DNA from: Thermoplasmata archaeon
GTDB lineage: Archaea; Thermoplasmatota; Thermoplasmata; UBA10834
NCBI GenBank assembly: GCA_021789945.1
Contig: JAJYIS010000005.1
Location: 1 to 40,895, forward strand
Direction of reading: 5' to 3'
DNA length: 40,895 bases
The position numbers were made by a program, and so were the translations under genes. Below are positions 8,971 through 17,579 of the stretch, one piece after another (position 1 is the first letter of the stretch; each line of letters begins with the position of its first letter). The notes below the pieces were generated by a model, which was not told where the DNA came from, ran no database searches, and saw only the letters and a program-made list of their open reading frames with translations.

Positions 8971-9162
8971 ATGGGCAACATCAGGCCGACATACATCAAG
9001 AGGGTGGCCATCGAGCTGGTCCAGAAGTATCCGGAGCAGTTCACGGGCGACTTCCAGCACAACAAGGTCATGGTCGGGAAGCTCACCGATGTGCGCTCGG
9101 TATCGATGCGCAACAAGATCGCAGGATATGTCACGAGGTACAGGACGCACTACGAAGCCTAG
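8971..9162 (+). CDS. rps17e: 30S ribosomal protein S17e
   Basis: '[32 protein letters not shown]...' is the archaeal/eukaryal S17e N-terminus. Length is 63 aa. Confidence 0.85.
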   Translation: MGNIRPTYIKRVAIELVQKYPEQFTGDFQHNKVMVGKLTDVRSVSMRNKIAGYVTRYRTHYEA

Positions 9163-9248
9163 ACGCGCTCTTCCTCTTTTGTTCGATTCTACGCTTCAGC
9201 CACAGGAAGCTGGTCGTCCGTCAATCCGGTCCGATAGGTGAACCACCG

Positions 9249-10229
9249 ATGGAGCCCGCAGTCGAGACCAAGAAGCTGACGAGGGTGTTCAACCCCAAGA
9301 AGAAAAAGGAGGGCGCTTCAGTGCGTGCCCTCAACTCTGTAGACCTCAAGATCGAGAAGGGAGAGCTGTTCGGCCTTCTGGGGCCGAACGGCGCGGGCAA
9401 GACCACCCTCCTGAAGATCCTCAGCACGCTCCTCCTTCCGACCTCTGGCAAGGCCTACGTGTCCGGCCTGGACGTCGAGAAGGACTACGTCGAGGTCCGC
9501 AAGAGGATAAACATGGTTTCTGGAGGGGAGATCTCTGGCTACGGGCTCTTGACCGTCCGGGAGAACCTCTGGATGTTCTCGCAGTTCTACGGCATCAAGA
9601 GCAGCATCGCGCTCGAGCGCATCGACGACATGCTCGGCAAGTTCGGCATGCTCGACAAGAAGTCCGAGAAGGTGCGGACGCTCTCGACGGGGCAGAGGCA
9701 GAAGATGAACGTGATAAGGGGGTTCGTGACCGACCCCCAGATACTCTTCCTCGACGAGCCCACCCTCGGACTTGACGTCAACGCCAGCAGGACGATAAGG
9801 GATTTCATACTAGACTGGGTCCGGAAGAGCGAGAGGGACAAGACGGTGCTTCTCACGACGCATTACATGGCCGAGGCTGACCAGCTCTGCGACCGGGTCG
9901 CGATAATCGATGACGGGAGGATACTCGCGTGCGACTCTCCCGAGAACCTCAAGAAGCTCGTGAAGTCGGAGACGACTCTGAGGCTCGATGTCACGACGAT
10001 GAAGGACCAGCGCGTGCTCGGCACGATCCCCGGGGTCGAGAAGTTCACATCGACGGACGACCTGGAGAACAACATAACGAGCCTCAGGTTCGTGCTCGGC
10101 GACGAGTCCGCGATCTCCGACATCGTCTCGGGAGTGGCCAAGGGCGGTTCCAAGATACTCGCGCTCAGGAAGACCGAGCCGACGCTCGAGGACGTGTTCA
10201 TCAAGCTCGTCGGGAAGGGGTTCGAGTGA
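9249..10229 (+). CDS. ABC transporter ATP-binding protein (ABC-2 exporter type)
   Basis: Walker A 'GPNGAGKTT', signature 'LSTGQRQKM', Walker B 'ILFLDEPTLGLD' and H-loop 'TTHYM'. Confidence 0.85.
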   Translation: MEPAVETKKLTRVFNPKKKKEGASVRALNSVDLKIEKGELFGLLGPNGAGKTTLLKILSTLLLPTSGKAYVSGLDVEKDYVEVRKRINMVSGGEISGYGLLTVRENLWMFSQFYGIKSSIALERIDDMLGKFGMLDKKSEKVRTLSTGQRQKMNVIRGFVTDPQILFLDEPTLGLDVNASRTIRDFILDWVRKSERDKTVLLTTHYMAEADQLCDRVAIIDDGRILACDSPENLKKLVKSETTLRLDVTTMKDQRVLGTIPGVEKFTSTDDLENNITSLRFVLGDESAISDIVSGVAKGGSKILALRKTEPTLEDVFIKLVGKGFE

Positions 10230-11053
10230 CCGGGAGCGCCTGGATCGTCCAGAACCTCAGGGCCGTGCGCGGCAGGGCGTATCCGAGGGTGCTCGGCGCC
10301 CAGAGGGAGCCGAGCTGGATATTCTTCGATGTCGCGCTGCCCCTCCTGACGGTGGCAGCTTACATCTACATGTACAAGTTCATGGACGCCCCCAAGGAGT
10401 TCGTTGGGTTCGTGATCCTCGGCGGGGCAATGACGGCGTTCTGGCTGAACATCCTATGGAGCATGGCCTCGCAGTTCTATTGGGAGAAGGAAACTGGGAA
10501 CCTGTCCCTGTTCCTGATAGCTCCAGTGTCGAGGATGTCCATCCTCGGGGGCATGGCAGTCGGTGGGCTGTTCTTCACGACCCTGCGCGCGTCCGCGACC
10601 CTCGTGATAGGCATAGTCGTGTTCGGCGTCACCCTGTCGCTTTCGAGCCCTCTGATGCTGATCGCGATCTTCCTCGTGACGATGGTATCCCTCTACGGCA
10701 TGGGCATGATGTTCGCCTCGCTCTACCTGCTGTTCGGCCGAGAGGCGTACAACATGTCGAACCTCATGACGGAGCCGATCTACCTCGCGTCTGGATTCTA
10801 CTTTCCCGTGAAGGCGCTCGGCTACTGGGCGGCCGCGGGCGCATCGATAATCCCCATCACCCTCGGCCTGGACGGCCTGAGGCAGCTGTTCTACCCTGAA
10901 TCGAGCGCGCAGTACGGGTTCCTGCCCGTCGGGACGGAGCTCGTGATTCTGGTTGGACTATCCGTGCTCTTCCTCATCCTGTCCAAGGTGTCGCTCGACT
11001 ACATGGAGAACCTCGGAAAGACCACCGGGAGGCTGACGCTCAGATGGCAGTGA
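10226..11053 (+). CDS. ABC-2 family transporter permease
   Basis: GTG at 10226 overlaps the ATPase stop (GTGA) in the same frame as the long ORF. Six predicted TM segments. Adjacent to the ATPase. Confidence 0.65.
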   Translation: MTGSAWIVQNLRAVRGRAYPRVLGAQREPSWIFFDVALPLLTVAAYIYMYKFMDAPKEFVGFVILGGAMTAFWLNILWSMASQFYWEKETGNLSLFLIAPVSRMSILGGMAVGGLFFTTLRASATLVIGIVVFGVTLSLSSPLMLIAIFLVTMVSLYGMGMMFASLYLLFGREAYNMSNLMTEPIYLASGFYFPVKALGYWAAAGASIIPITLGLDGLRQLFYPESSAQYGFLPVGTELVILVGLSVLFLILSKVSLDYMENLGKTTGRLTLRWQ

Positions 11054-11907
11054 GGAGCGACCTCCGGACGTTCAAGAACGCCGCCTGGCTCGGCTGGCAG
11101 ATGGAAGCCAACTGGACGGACCCGTTCCTCTTCGTGATCTACTCTATCATCAAGCCGATCGCGGGCACGCTCATCCTGGTGTTCATGTACCTCGTGATAA
11201 CCAGCGGGGCGACCAACACCCTGTTCTTCTCCTACATGTACGTCGGCAACGCGTTCTACATGTACGTCGCGGATGTGCTGTTCGGCGTGACCTGGGTGAT
11301 CCACGACGACAGGGAGCACTACATGACCCTCAAGCAGGTGTACATCGCCCCCATCAGCTTCTACATGTACATCTTCGGCAGGGCGGCCATAAGAATCGCG
11401 ATAACGTCGATGGGGGTCTTCCTCACGCTCCTGTTCGGCGTGCTCGTCCTCGGGGTCGACATCAACCTGGCGGCCGTCGACTGGCCTCTGCTGGCTCTCG
11501 CGCTAGTCCTCGGCCTCGCCTGCCTTTGCATCATGGGCCTCGCCTTGGGCGGGATATCGTTCCTGACGGCGAAGCACGGCCAGGGGATCAACGAGGGGGT
11601 CGCGGGAGTCTTCTATGTTCTCGCGGGCGTCATCTTCCCGATCACGATCCTCCCGGGCTGGGCCCAGACAGTGTCCAGGCTCCTGCCTGTGACCTACTGG
11701 ATGGAGGCCGTCAGGCGCGGGCTGGAGCCGGCAGTGATGGCGGGGCTTCCCGGCTCGACAGGGCTCCAGAGCCTCAGCAACCTTCAGCTCATGCTAGCCC
11801 TGCTCGTCTCGACCGTCGCTTTCCTGTTCATCTCGCTCGGGATATTCAAGTACGCTGACAAGGTCGCTCGTAGGAAGGGGAAGATCGACTGGACGACGAC
11901 CTACTGA
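11044..11907 (+). CDS. ABC-2 family transporter permease (second membrane subunit)
   Basis: Start overlaps the upstream permease stop by 10 nt. Polytopic hydrophobic protein. Confidence 0.65.
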   Translation: MAVRSDLRTFKNAAWLGWQMEANWTDPFLFVIYSIIKPIAGTLILVFMYLVITSGATNTLFFSYMYVGNAFYMYVADVLFGVTWVIHDDREHYMTLKQVYIAPISFYMYIFGRAAIRIAITSMGVFLTLLFGVLVLGVDINLAAVDWPLLALALVLGLACLCIMGLALGGISFLTAKHGQGINEGVAGVFYVLAGVIFPITILPGWAQTVSRLLPVTYWMEAVRRGLEPAVMAGLPGSTGLQSLSNLQLMLALLVSTVAFLFISLGIFKYADKVARRKGKIDWTTTY

Positions 11908-11974
11908 CGCCCGTCGGGCTATAGTAGCCTTTTTCTACCGAGGTCATCATGGAGGGTTCTGCGCCGAGCGGAAT

Positions 11975-12048
11975 GCCCGAGTGGGGTAGCTTGGATATCC
12001 TAGAAGCCTGCGGAGCTTCGGACCTGGGTTCGAATCCCAGCTCGGGCG
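11975..12048 (+). tRNA. tRNA-Arg (anticodon GCG), 74 nt, atypical 2-nt spacer between D- and anticodon stems
   Basis: Acceptor GCCCGAG/CTCGGGC. D-arm GGGT-AGCTTGGAT-ATCC. Anticodon stem GAAGC/GCTTC with loop CTGCGGA. T-arm CTGGG-TTCGAAT-CCCAG. Discriminator G is followed by CC. Confidence 0.7.
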
Positions 12049-12072
12049 CCTCGGCGTTCTCGGGAGACGGCG

Positions 12073-12939
12073 ATGCACCGCGAGCTTGGGGGAATCCTGA
12101 CGAGGGCGCGCTCGAACACCCTATTGGGCGCTTCTGAGATTGCCCTGAAAGTCGCAGCGGACCTCGAGAGATATGCGTGCACGCACGAGTTCGGCGCTGA
12201 GGAGGTCCGCGAGTTCGCGCTCGGCCTCGTGAAGTCGCAGCCGAACATGGCCCCGCTCTGGAACCTGTCCAACGACATCCTGCTCTCGGACCTCTCAAGG
12301 TCCAGCGTATGCGTGATCTGCGACCATGCGATGAATCATCATTCCTCCGCGGCCCGGGCCGTGGGCGCCAACGCCGCCCGATTCCTGAAGGGCGGGCTAG
12401 TCGCGACCAACAGCGCCAGCAGCGCGGTATATGAGGCGCTCGTCGCGGCATCCAAGAAATCCAATATCGGCGTCCTCCTGACCGAGTCGAGGCCGAAGCG
12501 GGAGGGGCTCGCGATGGCCAAGAGGCTAGGGGAGGCGGGACTGGAGGTCACGATATTCTCCGACGCGTCGCTCTCGAAGGCCGTGTCGCGGGCAAGCGCC
12601 GTCTTGGTCGGCGCGGACGCAGTCACATCCTCCGGCGTGGTGGCCAAGGTCGGCATAATGAACCTCGCGTTGTCGGCGAAGGAGTTCGGGATCGAATCGT
12701 TCGTCTGTGCCGACAGCTCGAAGTTCGCCCCCATCAAGCTGGTCGACGTCCCGCGCCCTGGGAGGGAGATAGCATCCAGCATTCACCCGTTCGTGCGTGT
12801 CGAGAACCTTTACTTCGAGGAGGTGCCGCATTCGAGGTTCTCAAGGTTCGTCACAGAGTCAGGGGTGCTCGACTCCAATGAGGCAAGGGATATCGTGGCG
12901 AAGAAGAGGATTGCCCGCGAGCTGATGACGCCGGATTGA
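12073..12939 (+). CDS. eIF-2B alpha/beta/delta-family protein (initiation-factor-2B-like / ribose-1,5-bisphosphate isomerase family)
   Basis: ATG at 12073. 'GADAVTSSGVVAKVGIMNLALSAKEFGIESFVCADSSKF' is the e2B-family C-terminal Rossmann region. Confidence 0.55.
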   Translation: MHRELGGILTRARSNTLLGASEIALKVAADLERYACTHEFGAEEVREFALGLVKSQPNMAPLWNLSNDILLSDLSRSSVCVICDHAMNHHSSAARAVGANAARFLKGGLVATNSASSAVYEALVAASKKSNIGVLLTESRPKREGLAMAKRLGEAGLEVTIFSDASLSKAVSRASAVLVGADAVTSSGVVAKVGIMNLALSAKEFGIESFVCADSSKFAPIKLVDVPRPGREIASSIHPFVRVENLYFEEVPHSRFSRFVTESGVLDSNEARDIVAKKRIARELMTPD

Positions 12940-12953
12940 GACTGGCTCTCGCT

Positions 12954-14375
12954 CTAGCGCATCTCCTTGATCAGCCGCTCCATCTCGGAGGCTTCATCTT
13001 CGGTGACCGCGGGCTCGAATTCGCCGAACAGCATGTCCTGGACCTCCTTGCGGGCCTTCTTGACGAGCGCTCCCACCGGCTGCGGGTCCGCCTTCAGGAT
13101 CGAAGTGACCTCTGGCTTGCTCACCGAGATGAACTCCTGCTTGAACCTGGCCAAGGTGTGCCTCTTCCCGAGGAAGTTCCCGTCCAGGCCGGCGTCGCGG
13201 ATCGTCTCGAAGGATATCGCTGCCTCGTCCGCGCTGAATCCCCGGATGACCTCCTTCGCGACGTCCCAGACCCATGCGTCGACCAGGAGCTGCTCGTAGG
13301 ACGCTCCCGCGGCCTGGTCGATCCCTCCGAGGCCGGAGCCGAGGTCCGAGGGCACAAGGGCCTGGATCACCATTGTCGGGACGCCGTCCATGACCTTTCC
13401 GAGGGACATCGCGGCGCCCTCCAAGGCGATGCCGGCGACCATCGTCGGAAGGCCGTAGAACCTGCCCATCTGGCCGGCTCCTGTGCGCATCAGGTTGGCC
13501 TCGAGCGCCCCGTATTCTATGGACCCGGTCTTCAGGTCCCCGGGGACGGAGTCGCTGCTGTAGATCCAAGGGGACCCCTTCGCTGCCGTCTGCGAGATGA
13601 CCAGGCTCGCCAGGTTCTCCGCGTTCACCTGGGCGATCGTCCCAGATATTGTCGCGGGCGCGGTCATGCCGGCGACCGCGGCGGCCATGGACACTACCGG
13701 TATCCCGGCCCTGGACAGCACGACCTGCGCCTCTGCGAGGCCCTCCTCGAAGGTCAGTGGGGATATGGGGCACTGGACCGCGGACCAGATCGGCCGCTTC
13801 GCCAGCTGCTCCTCCCCTCCTGTGAGGACGGACGAGAGCTTGACGATGTTCCCGGCCTCCTCTGCGCTCGAGGCCGCTGACTGGATGTGCTTGTAGGTGG
13901 ACTCGAACCCTATCCTCATCTCGGTGACGCCCTTCAGGCTCGGCGGGGCGTCCTGGGCGCCAACCATCGGCCAGCAGAAATCCATCTGGGGAAGCGAGCC
14001 GGAGAGCTGGAAGAACTTCCTAACATCCTCGCCGGTCGGCACGTACTTCTCGCCGGTCGTGAGGTCCTTTACATAGACCCCTTCCCCGCCGTTCGTGCAA
14101 TGGAGCTTGTCAGAGGGAATCCTGATGTCGTGCTTCTTGTCCCTCGAAGCGAGGAGTATGCTCCTCGGGACCTTCGCTAGCGCAGACTTGACCACGCTCT
14201 CTGGTATGAGCACGCGCTTGCCGTCCTTCGAGGGCGCGCAGCCGTTCTCCCTGAGCATCGTCGTGACCGACGGGCTGTTCAGAGCGACCCCGACCTGCTC
14301 CAGCACACGGATGGACGTGTCATGGATCCTTCGGACCTCGTCGCCTGCAAGAAACTCCAACCTGCCCCTGGACAT
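12954..14375 (-). CDS. MttB-superfamily methyltransferase (trimethylamine methyltransferase family), non-pyrrolysine type
   Basis: Internal ATG confirmed as CAT at 14373-14375, giving 474 aa that begins 'MSRGRLEFLAGDEVRRIHDTSIRVLEQVGV', the canonical MttB N-terminus. No in-frame TAG, so there is no Pyl codon. The 150-aa upstream extension in the six-frame track is R/G/P-rich read-through. Confidence 0.8.
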   Translation of the reverse strand: MSRGRLEFLAGDEVRRIHDTSIRVLEQVGVALNSPSVTTMLRENGCAPSKDGKRVLIPESVVKSALAKVPRSILLASRDKKHDIRIPSDKLHCTNGGEGVYVKDLTTGEKYVPTGEDVRKFFQLSGSLPQMDFCWPMVGAQDAPPSLKGVTEMRIGFESTYKHIQSAASSAEEAGNIVKLSSVLTGGEEQLAKRPIWSAVQCPISPLTFEEGLAEAQVVLSRAGIPVVSMAAAVAGMTAPATISGTIAQVNAENLASLVISQTAAKGSPWIYSSDSVPGDLKTGSIEYGALEANLMRTGAGQMGRFYGLPTMVAGIALEGAAMSLGKVMDGVPTMVIQALVPSDLGSGLGGIDQAAGASYEQLLVDAWVWDVAKEVIRGFSADEAAISFETIRDAGLDGNFLGKRHTLARFKQEFISVSKPEVTSILKADPQPVGALVKKARKEVQDMLFGEFEPAVTEDEASEMERLIKEMR

Positions 14376-14507
14376 GCTCTCCGAGCTTCCGAGAAGCGCT
14401 CCGTGGGAATGTACTTTTTGCAGGTGGCGCTGTGCTCCCGCCCGCGAACTGTAAAATACCGCTCCTTCAATCACTCTGACGGCCTGACCTGCGTGGTTGA
14501 TCCGAAG

Positions 14508-15674
14508 ATGGACCCAGAAATCGAAGAGATGGTGAGGATCGCGGAGTCCTGCGCTCTCTGCAGATGCGGCTGCTGCAAGGACGAGTGTCCGATGTATGCC
14601 GAGCTCCTCGAGGAGACGATCTCCCCGAAGGGCAGGAACCAGGTTATACGCGCGGTCGTGAAGGGCGTAGTGGAGCCTGACGGGCGGGTCGCCAGGATCG
14701 CCTACTCGTGCCTCCTGTGTCGGCGGGACGAGATGTCCTGCGCAGCGGCCCTGAAGAACGCCGACGCCACCGAGGCGTTCAGGAGATACCTCGCGGACAG
14801 CGGAGTGCCGCCGTTGCCGGAGCACGCGCTTCTTCTCAAGAGCATCGAGAACTACGGGAACCCATGGCAGGAGTCCAGGGCGGCCAGGAAGAGATGGGCC
14901 AAGGGGCCCTCGGACCGGAGGATCGTCAGGGGCAAGACCGAGACCCTGTTCTATGTGGGATGCACGTTCGCGCTCGACCGCACGCTCCAGGAGACCCCGA
15001 GGGCGCTATCGAGGCTGATGGAGCGCGCCGGTGTGGACTTCGGATGCCTTCTCGAGGAGGAGCTGTGCTGCGGCTCCACGGTGAAACGAATAGGCCAATC
15101 CAGGCTCTATGACAAGCTGCGCGCAGAGAACGAGAAGGCTCTTTTGGGGACGGGAGCGAAGAGACTCGTGACCGCCTGTGCCGGCTGCTTCAAGACGCTG
15201 ACGCAGGACTATCCTGGCATCAGCAAGAAGATCAAGGTGCAGCACTCGACCGAGCTGCTCGCAGACCTGGTCTCCGAGGGCAAGCTCAAGTTCGGCCGGA
15301 CATCGCTCAAGGTCACCTATCATGACCCGTGTCACCTGGGCAGGCACACTGGCGTCTATGACCCACCGAGGGCCATCCTCAGATCCATCCCAGGCCTGAA
15401 GCTGATCGAGATGAAGAATTCCAGGGAGCTGTCGCGGTGCTGCGGGGGAGGCGCCGGCGTCAAGACTGCATATCCCGAGGTGGCCGCGAAGGCGGCTCTC
15501 GCCCGCCTGCGTGAGGCCGAGAAGACGGGGGCAGATATCGTCGTGACCTCGTGCCCGTTCTGCGTCCAGACGCTGAAGGCGGCCGCCGTCCAGTCGGGCT
15601 CTCGCATGGACATCGTCGAGCTCTCGGTCTTCCTCGACGGCCTCCCGGGCCCCGACGGCAAGGTGGTGAAATGA
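14508..15674 (+). CDS. (Fe-S)-binding oxidoreductase subunit, GlcF/GlpC/HdrD-like (two CCG Cys-rich domains)
   Basis: ATG verified at 14508. Ferredoxin-like 'CALCRCGCCKDECP' and 'CLLCRRDE'. CCG motifs 'CCG(S)T' and 'CCGGGAGV' with 'DPCHLGRH'. Confidence 0.75.
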   Translation: MDPEIEEMVRIAESCALCRCGCCKDECPMYAELLEETISPKGRNQVIRAVVKGVVEPDGRVARIAYSCLLCRRDEMSCAAALKNADATEAFRRYLADSGVPPLPEHALLLKSIENYGNPWQESRAARKRWAKGPSDRRIVRGKTETLFYVGCTFALDRTLQETPRALSRLMERAGVDFGCLLEEELCCGSTVKRIGQSRLYDKLRAENEKALLGTGAKRLVTACAGCFKTLTQDYPGISKKIKVQHSTELLADLVSEGKLKFGRTSLKVTYHDPCHLGRHTGVYDPPRAILRSIPGLKLIEMKNSRELSRCCGGGAGVKTAYPEVAAKAALARLREAEKTGADIVVTSCPFCVQTLKAAAVQSGSRMDIVELSVFLDGLPGPDGKVVK

Positions 15675-17077
15675 TGGACGAGAAGGCGCGGGAGGAGGTG
15701 CGGGCGGCGCTGGTCGAGGCGATCGGAGAGGGGAAGGTGATGTGGCGTCCAGCCGACCTCGCTCCCTACACGAAGGACACTTACCGGATCAGGTTCGAGG
15801 ACGACTTCAAGTTCTTCCCTGACTTCGTCGTCCTGCCCGAGACCACGGCCGATGTCCAGGGCATTGTCAGGATAGCCTCTGCGCGCAAGATCCCCCTGAT
15901 ACCCAAGGGCGGGGGCTCCTCGAGGACCGGGATGCTCGTCCCGATACACGGGGGCATCGTGGTGGACACGATCAAGATGACGAAGGTGTTGGAGGTCAGC
16001 ATCCCCAATCTGTACGTGACATGCCAGCCAGGGATCACTCTGAAGGAACTGGATGAGAAGCTGAAGGAGCGCGGCGTCTCCCTGAACCAGGAGCAGGGCT
16101 CGCTCAAGATCGCCACCGTCGGAGGGTCGATCTCGACCTCGGGCTTCAGCAGGAAACACCAGAAGTACGGCGCGATCTCGGACAGGGTCATGTCGCTCGA
16201 GGTCGTGCTGGCCGACGGGCGAGTGCTGAGGACAGGGCCCAAGGTGCTTTACACGTCGACCGGATACCGCCTGAGCCAGCTGTTCATCGGCGCGGAGGGC
16301 ACGCTCGGCATAATCACGGAGGCGACCCTCAGGGTCGAGCCGATCCCGGAGGCCAAGGACGCGGTGCTCGCGTTCTACGAGGACTTCTGGGCCGCGAACG
16401 AGGCCGCGCAGAAGACCATGGGCTCGGGCGTCACATTCACGGGCGGCGAGGCGTTCGGGGTGGAGAGCGCCGAGGAGTACGGCGGCCCGCGCGAGAAGAA
16501 GGCCATTTTCTATCTCGGGCTCGAGGGGACGAGGGGAGAGGTAGAGGCCGAGCTGGCCTTCGTGACCGAGCTCGTGAAGGCCACGGGAGGGGTGCTGGCT
16601 CCGAACGATGCCGCCAGGAAGTTCATGGAGAGGTACACGATCCAGTGGTGCGGCGCGCGCGTCGCCACGGGCTTCGAGGACCCGCTCACGACATACGTCC
16701 CGATGGAACGGATCGCCGAGTTCTACGACAAGCTCTACAACGAGATAATGCCGAAGTACGACACGGGTCCGCTGCCAGGCGAGAAGTACTCGCTGGACTT
16801 CGGCAGGTACCGGATGGCTGCGGGCAGGTACTTCATCCCCAAGGGGGAACAGGGCTGGGAGAAGTACCAGATGATGCTGCGGGAGATCGCCCAGCTCGCG
16901 ACCGGCCTCGGCGGCTCGATATCCAGCTGCCACGGCGTCGGGATCGAGCACAGGGACAACCTCGAGCTCGAGTACTCGGAGGTCGCTCTTGATGCGATGC
17001 GCTCGATCAAGGAAGCCTTCGACCCGGACAACATAATGAACCCGGGGAAGAAGCTCCCGGAGAAGAAGCGAGCGTGA
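15671..17077 (+). CDS. FAD-linked oxidase, GlcD/D-lactate dehydrogenase-like
   Basis: ATGA overlap with the glcF-like stop. 'PKGGGSSRTGMLVP' is the FAD PCMH motif, with a C-terminal FAD-oxidase domain. Length is 468 aa. Confidence 0.8.
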   Translation: MMDEKAREEVRAALVEAIGEGKVMWRPADLAPYTKDTYRIRFEDDFKFFPDFVVLPETTADVQGIVRIASARKIPLIPKGGGSSRTGMLVPIHGGIVVDTIKMTKVLEVSIPNLYVTCQPGITLKELDEKLKERGVSLNQEQGSLKIATVGGSISTSGFSRKHQKYGAISDRVMSLEVVLADGRVLRTGPKVLYTSTGYRLSQLFIGAEGTLGIITEATLRVEPIPEAKDAVLAFYEDFWAANEAAQKTMGSGVTFTGGEAFGVESAEEYGGPREKKAIFYLGLEGTRGEVEAELAFVTELVKATGGVLAPNDAARKFMERYTIQWCGARVATGFEDPLTTYVPMERIAEFYDKLYNEIMPKYDTGPLPGEKYSLDFGRYRMAAGRYFIPKGEQGWEKYQMMLREIAQLATGLGGSISSCHGVGIEHRDNLELEYSEVALDAMRSIKEAFDPDNIMNPGKKLPEKKRA

Positions 17078-17095
17078 CGGTCCTCCGCGCGAAGA

Positions 17096-17106
17096 GGTTT
17101 ATATCC
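17096..17106 (+). promoter_or_regulatory. TATA-like box (GGTTTATATCC)
   Basis: About 45 nt upstream of the 17145 ORF start, in the GC-rich intergenic region after the glcD-like gene. Confidence 0.4.
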
Positions 17107-17144
17107 ACGTCCGCCATGCGTCCGGCCAGAGGGGCGAAGATCCC

Positions 17145-17453
17145 TTGGAAGTCGAATGGAAGCGCGCGATCCAATGGTTCCTCGTGAACAGCCTTGCCGA
17201 CATGAGCCAGGATGAGATCGACTCATGGCTCCGGGAGGAGATCTCCATCGCCTCGACCATCGAGGAGCCGCTCAAGGCCCTGTCGCAGCACAGGGACTCC
17301 ATCCTCAGGGACATGTATCAGATGTCTCCGCCCGAGGTTCTGGACAGGTTCATCCAGGACCACCCGGAGGCCGTCTTCCCCGACAAGGACAGGGCAATCG
17401 TCAGGATCGGGCAGGAGCTCGAGTCCATAAAGGCATTCCTCGTGACCCTGTGA
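17145..17453 (+). CDS. hypothetical small acidic protein (102 aa; TTG start, alternative ATG at 17202)
   Basis: Non-shadow composition, own TATA-like box, sits between the glcD-like and CoA-transferase genes. No family recognised. Confidence 0.4.
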   Translation: MEVEWKRAIQWFLVNSLADMSQDEIDSWLREEISIASTIEEPLKALSQHRDSILRDMYQMSPPEVLDRFIQDHPEAVFPDKDRAIVRIGQELESIKAFLVTL

Positions 17454-17552
17454 GCCGGCGATCGATGCTCCGCCGGGCTCGCGGGAACTGGGTCGGGATA
17501 TCGAATTTCGGCGTGCGATGTCCGAAATCCCACAGCGGTATCTTCGATAGCG

Positions 17553-17559
17553 TTAATAT
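17553..17559 (+). promoter_or_regulatory. TATA-like box (TTAATAT), leaderless promoter for the 17580 gene
   Basis: Centred about 24 nt upstream of ATG 17580. Preceded by a 7-bp inverted repeat ATTTCGG/CCGAAAT at 17505-17527. Confidence 0.45.
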
Positions 17560-17579
17560 CGGGTACTTTTATCGCAGAA

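Noticed and set aside
11961-12049. Considered an intron-containing or longer pre-tRNA with an extended leader/trailer helix (GCGCCGAGC ... GCTCGGGCGC) around tRNA-Arg.
   Set aside because: The putative extended helix has a mismatch and would consume acceptor-stem bases. A standard 74-nt intron-less cloverleaf fits without it.
12954-14825. The six-frame track shows the MttB-family ORF as 623 aa, starting at 14825 with a 150-aa N-terminal extension.
   Set aside because: The extension is R/G/P-rich read-through typical of a stop-free GC-rich frame. The canonical MttB N-terminus (MSRGRLEFLAG...) starts at the internal ATG at 14375, giving a family-typical 474 aa. The extension would also overlap the glcF-like promoter.
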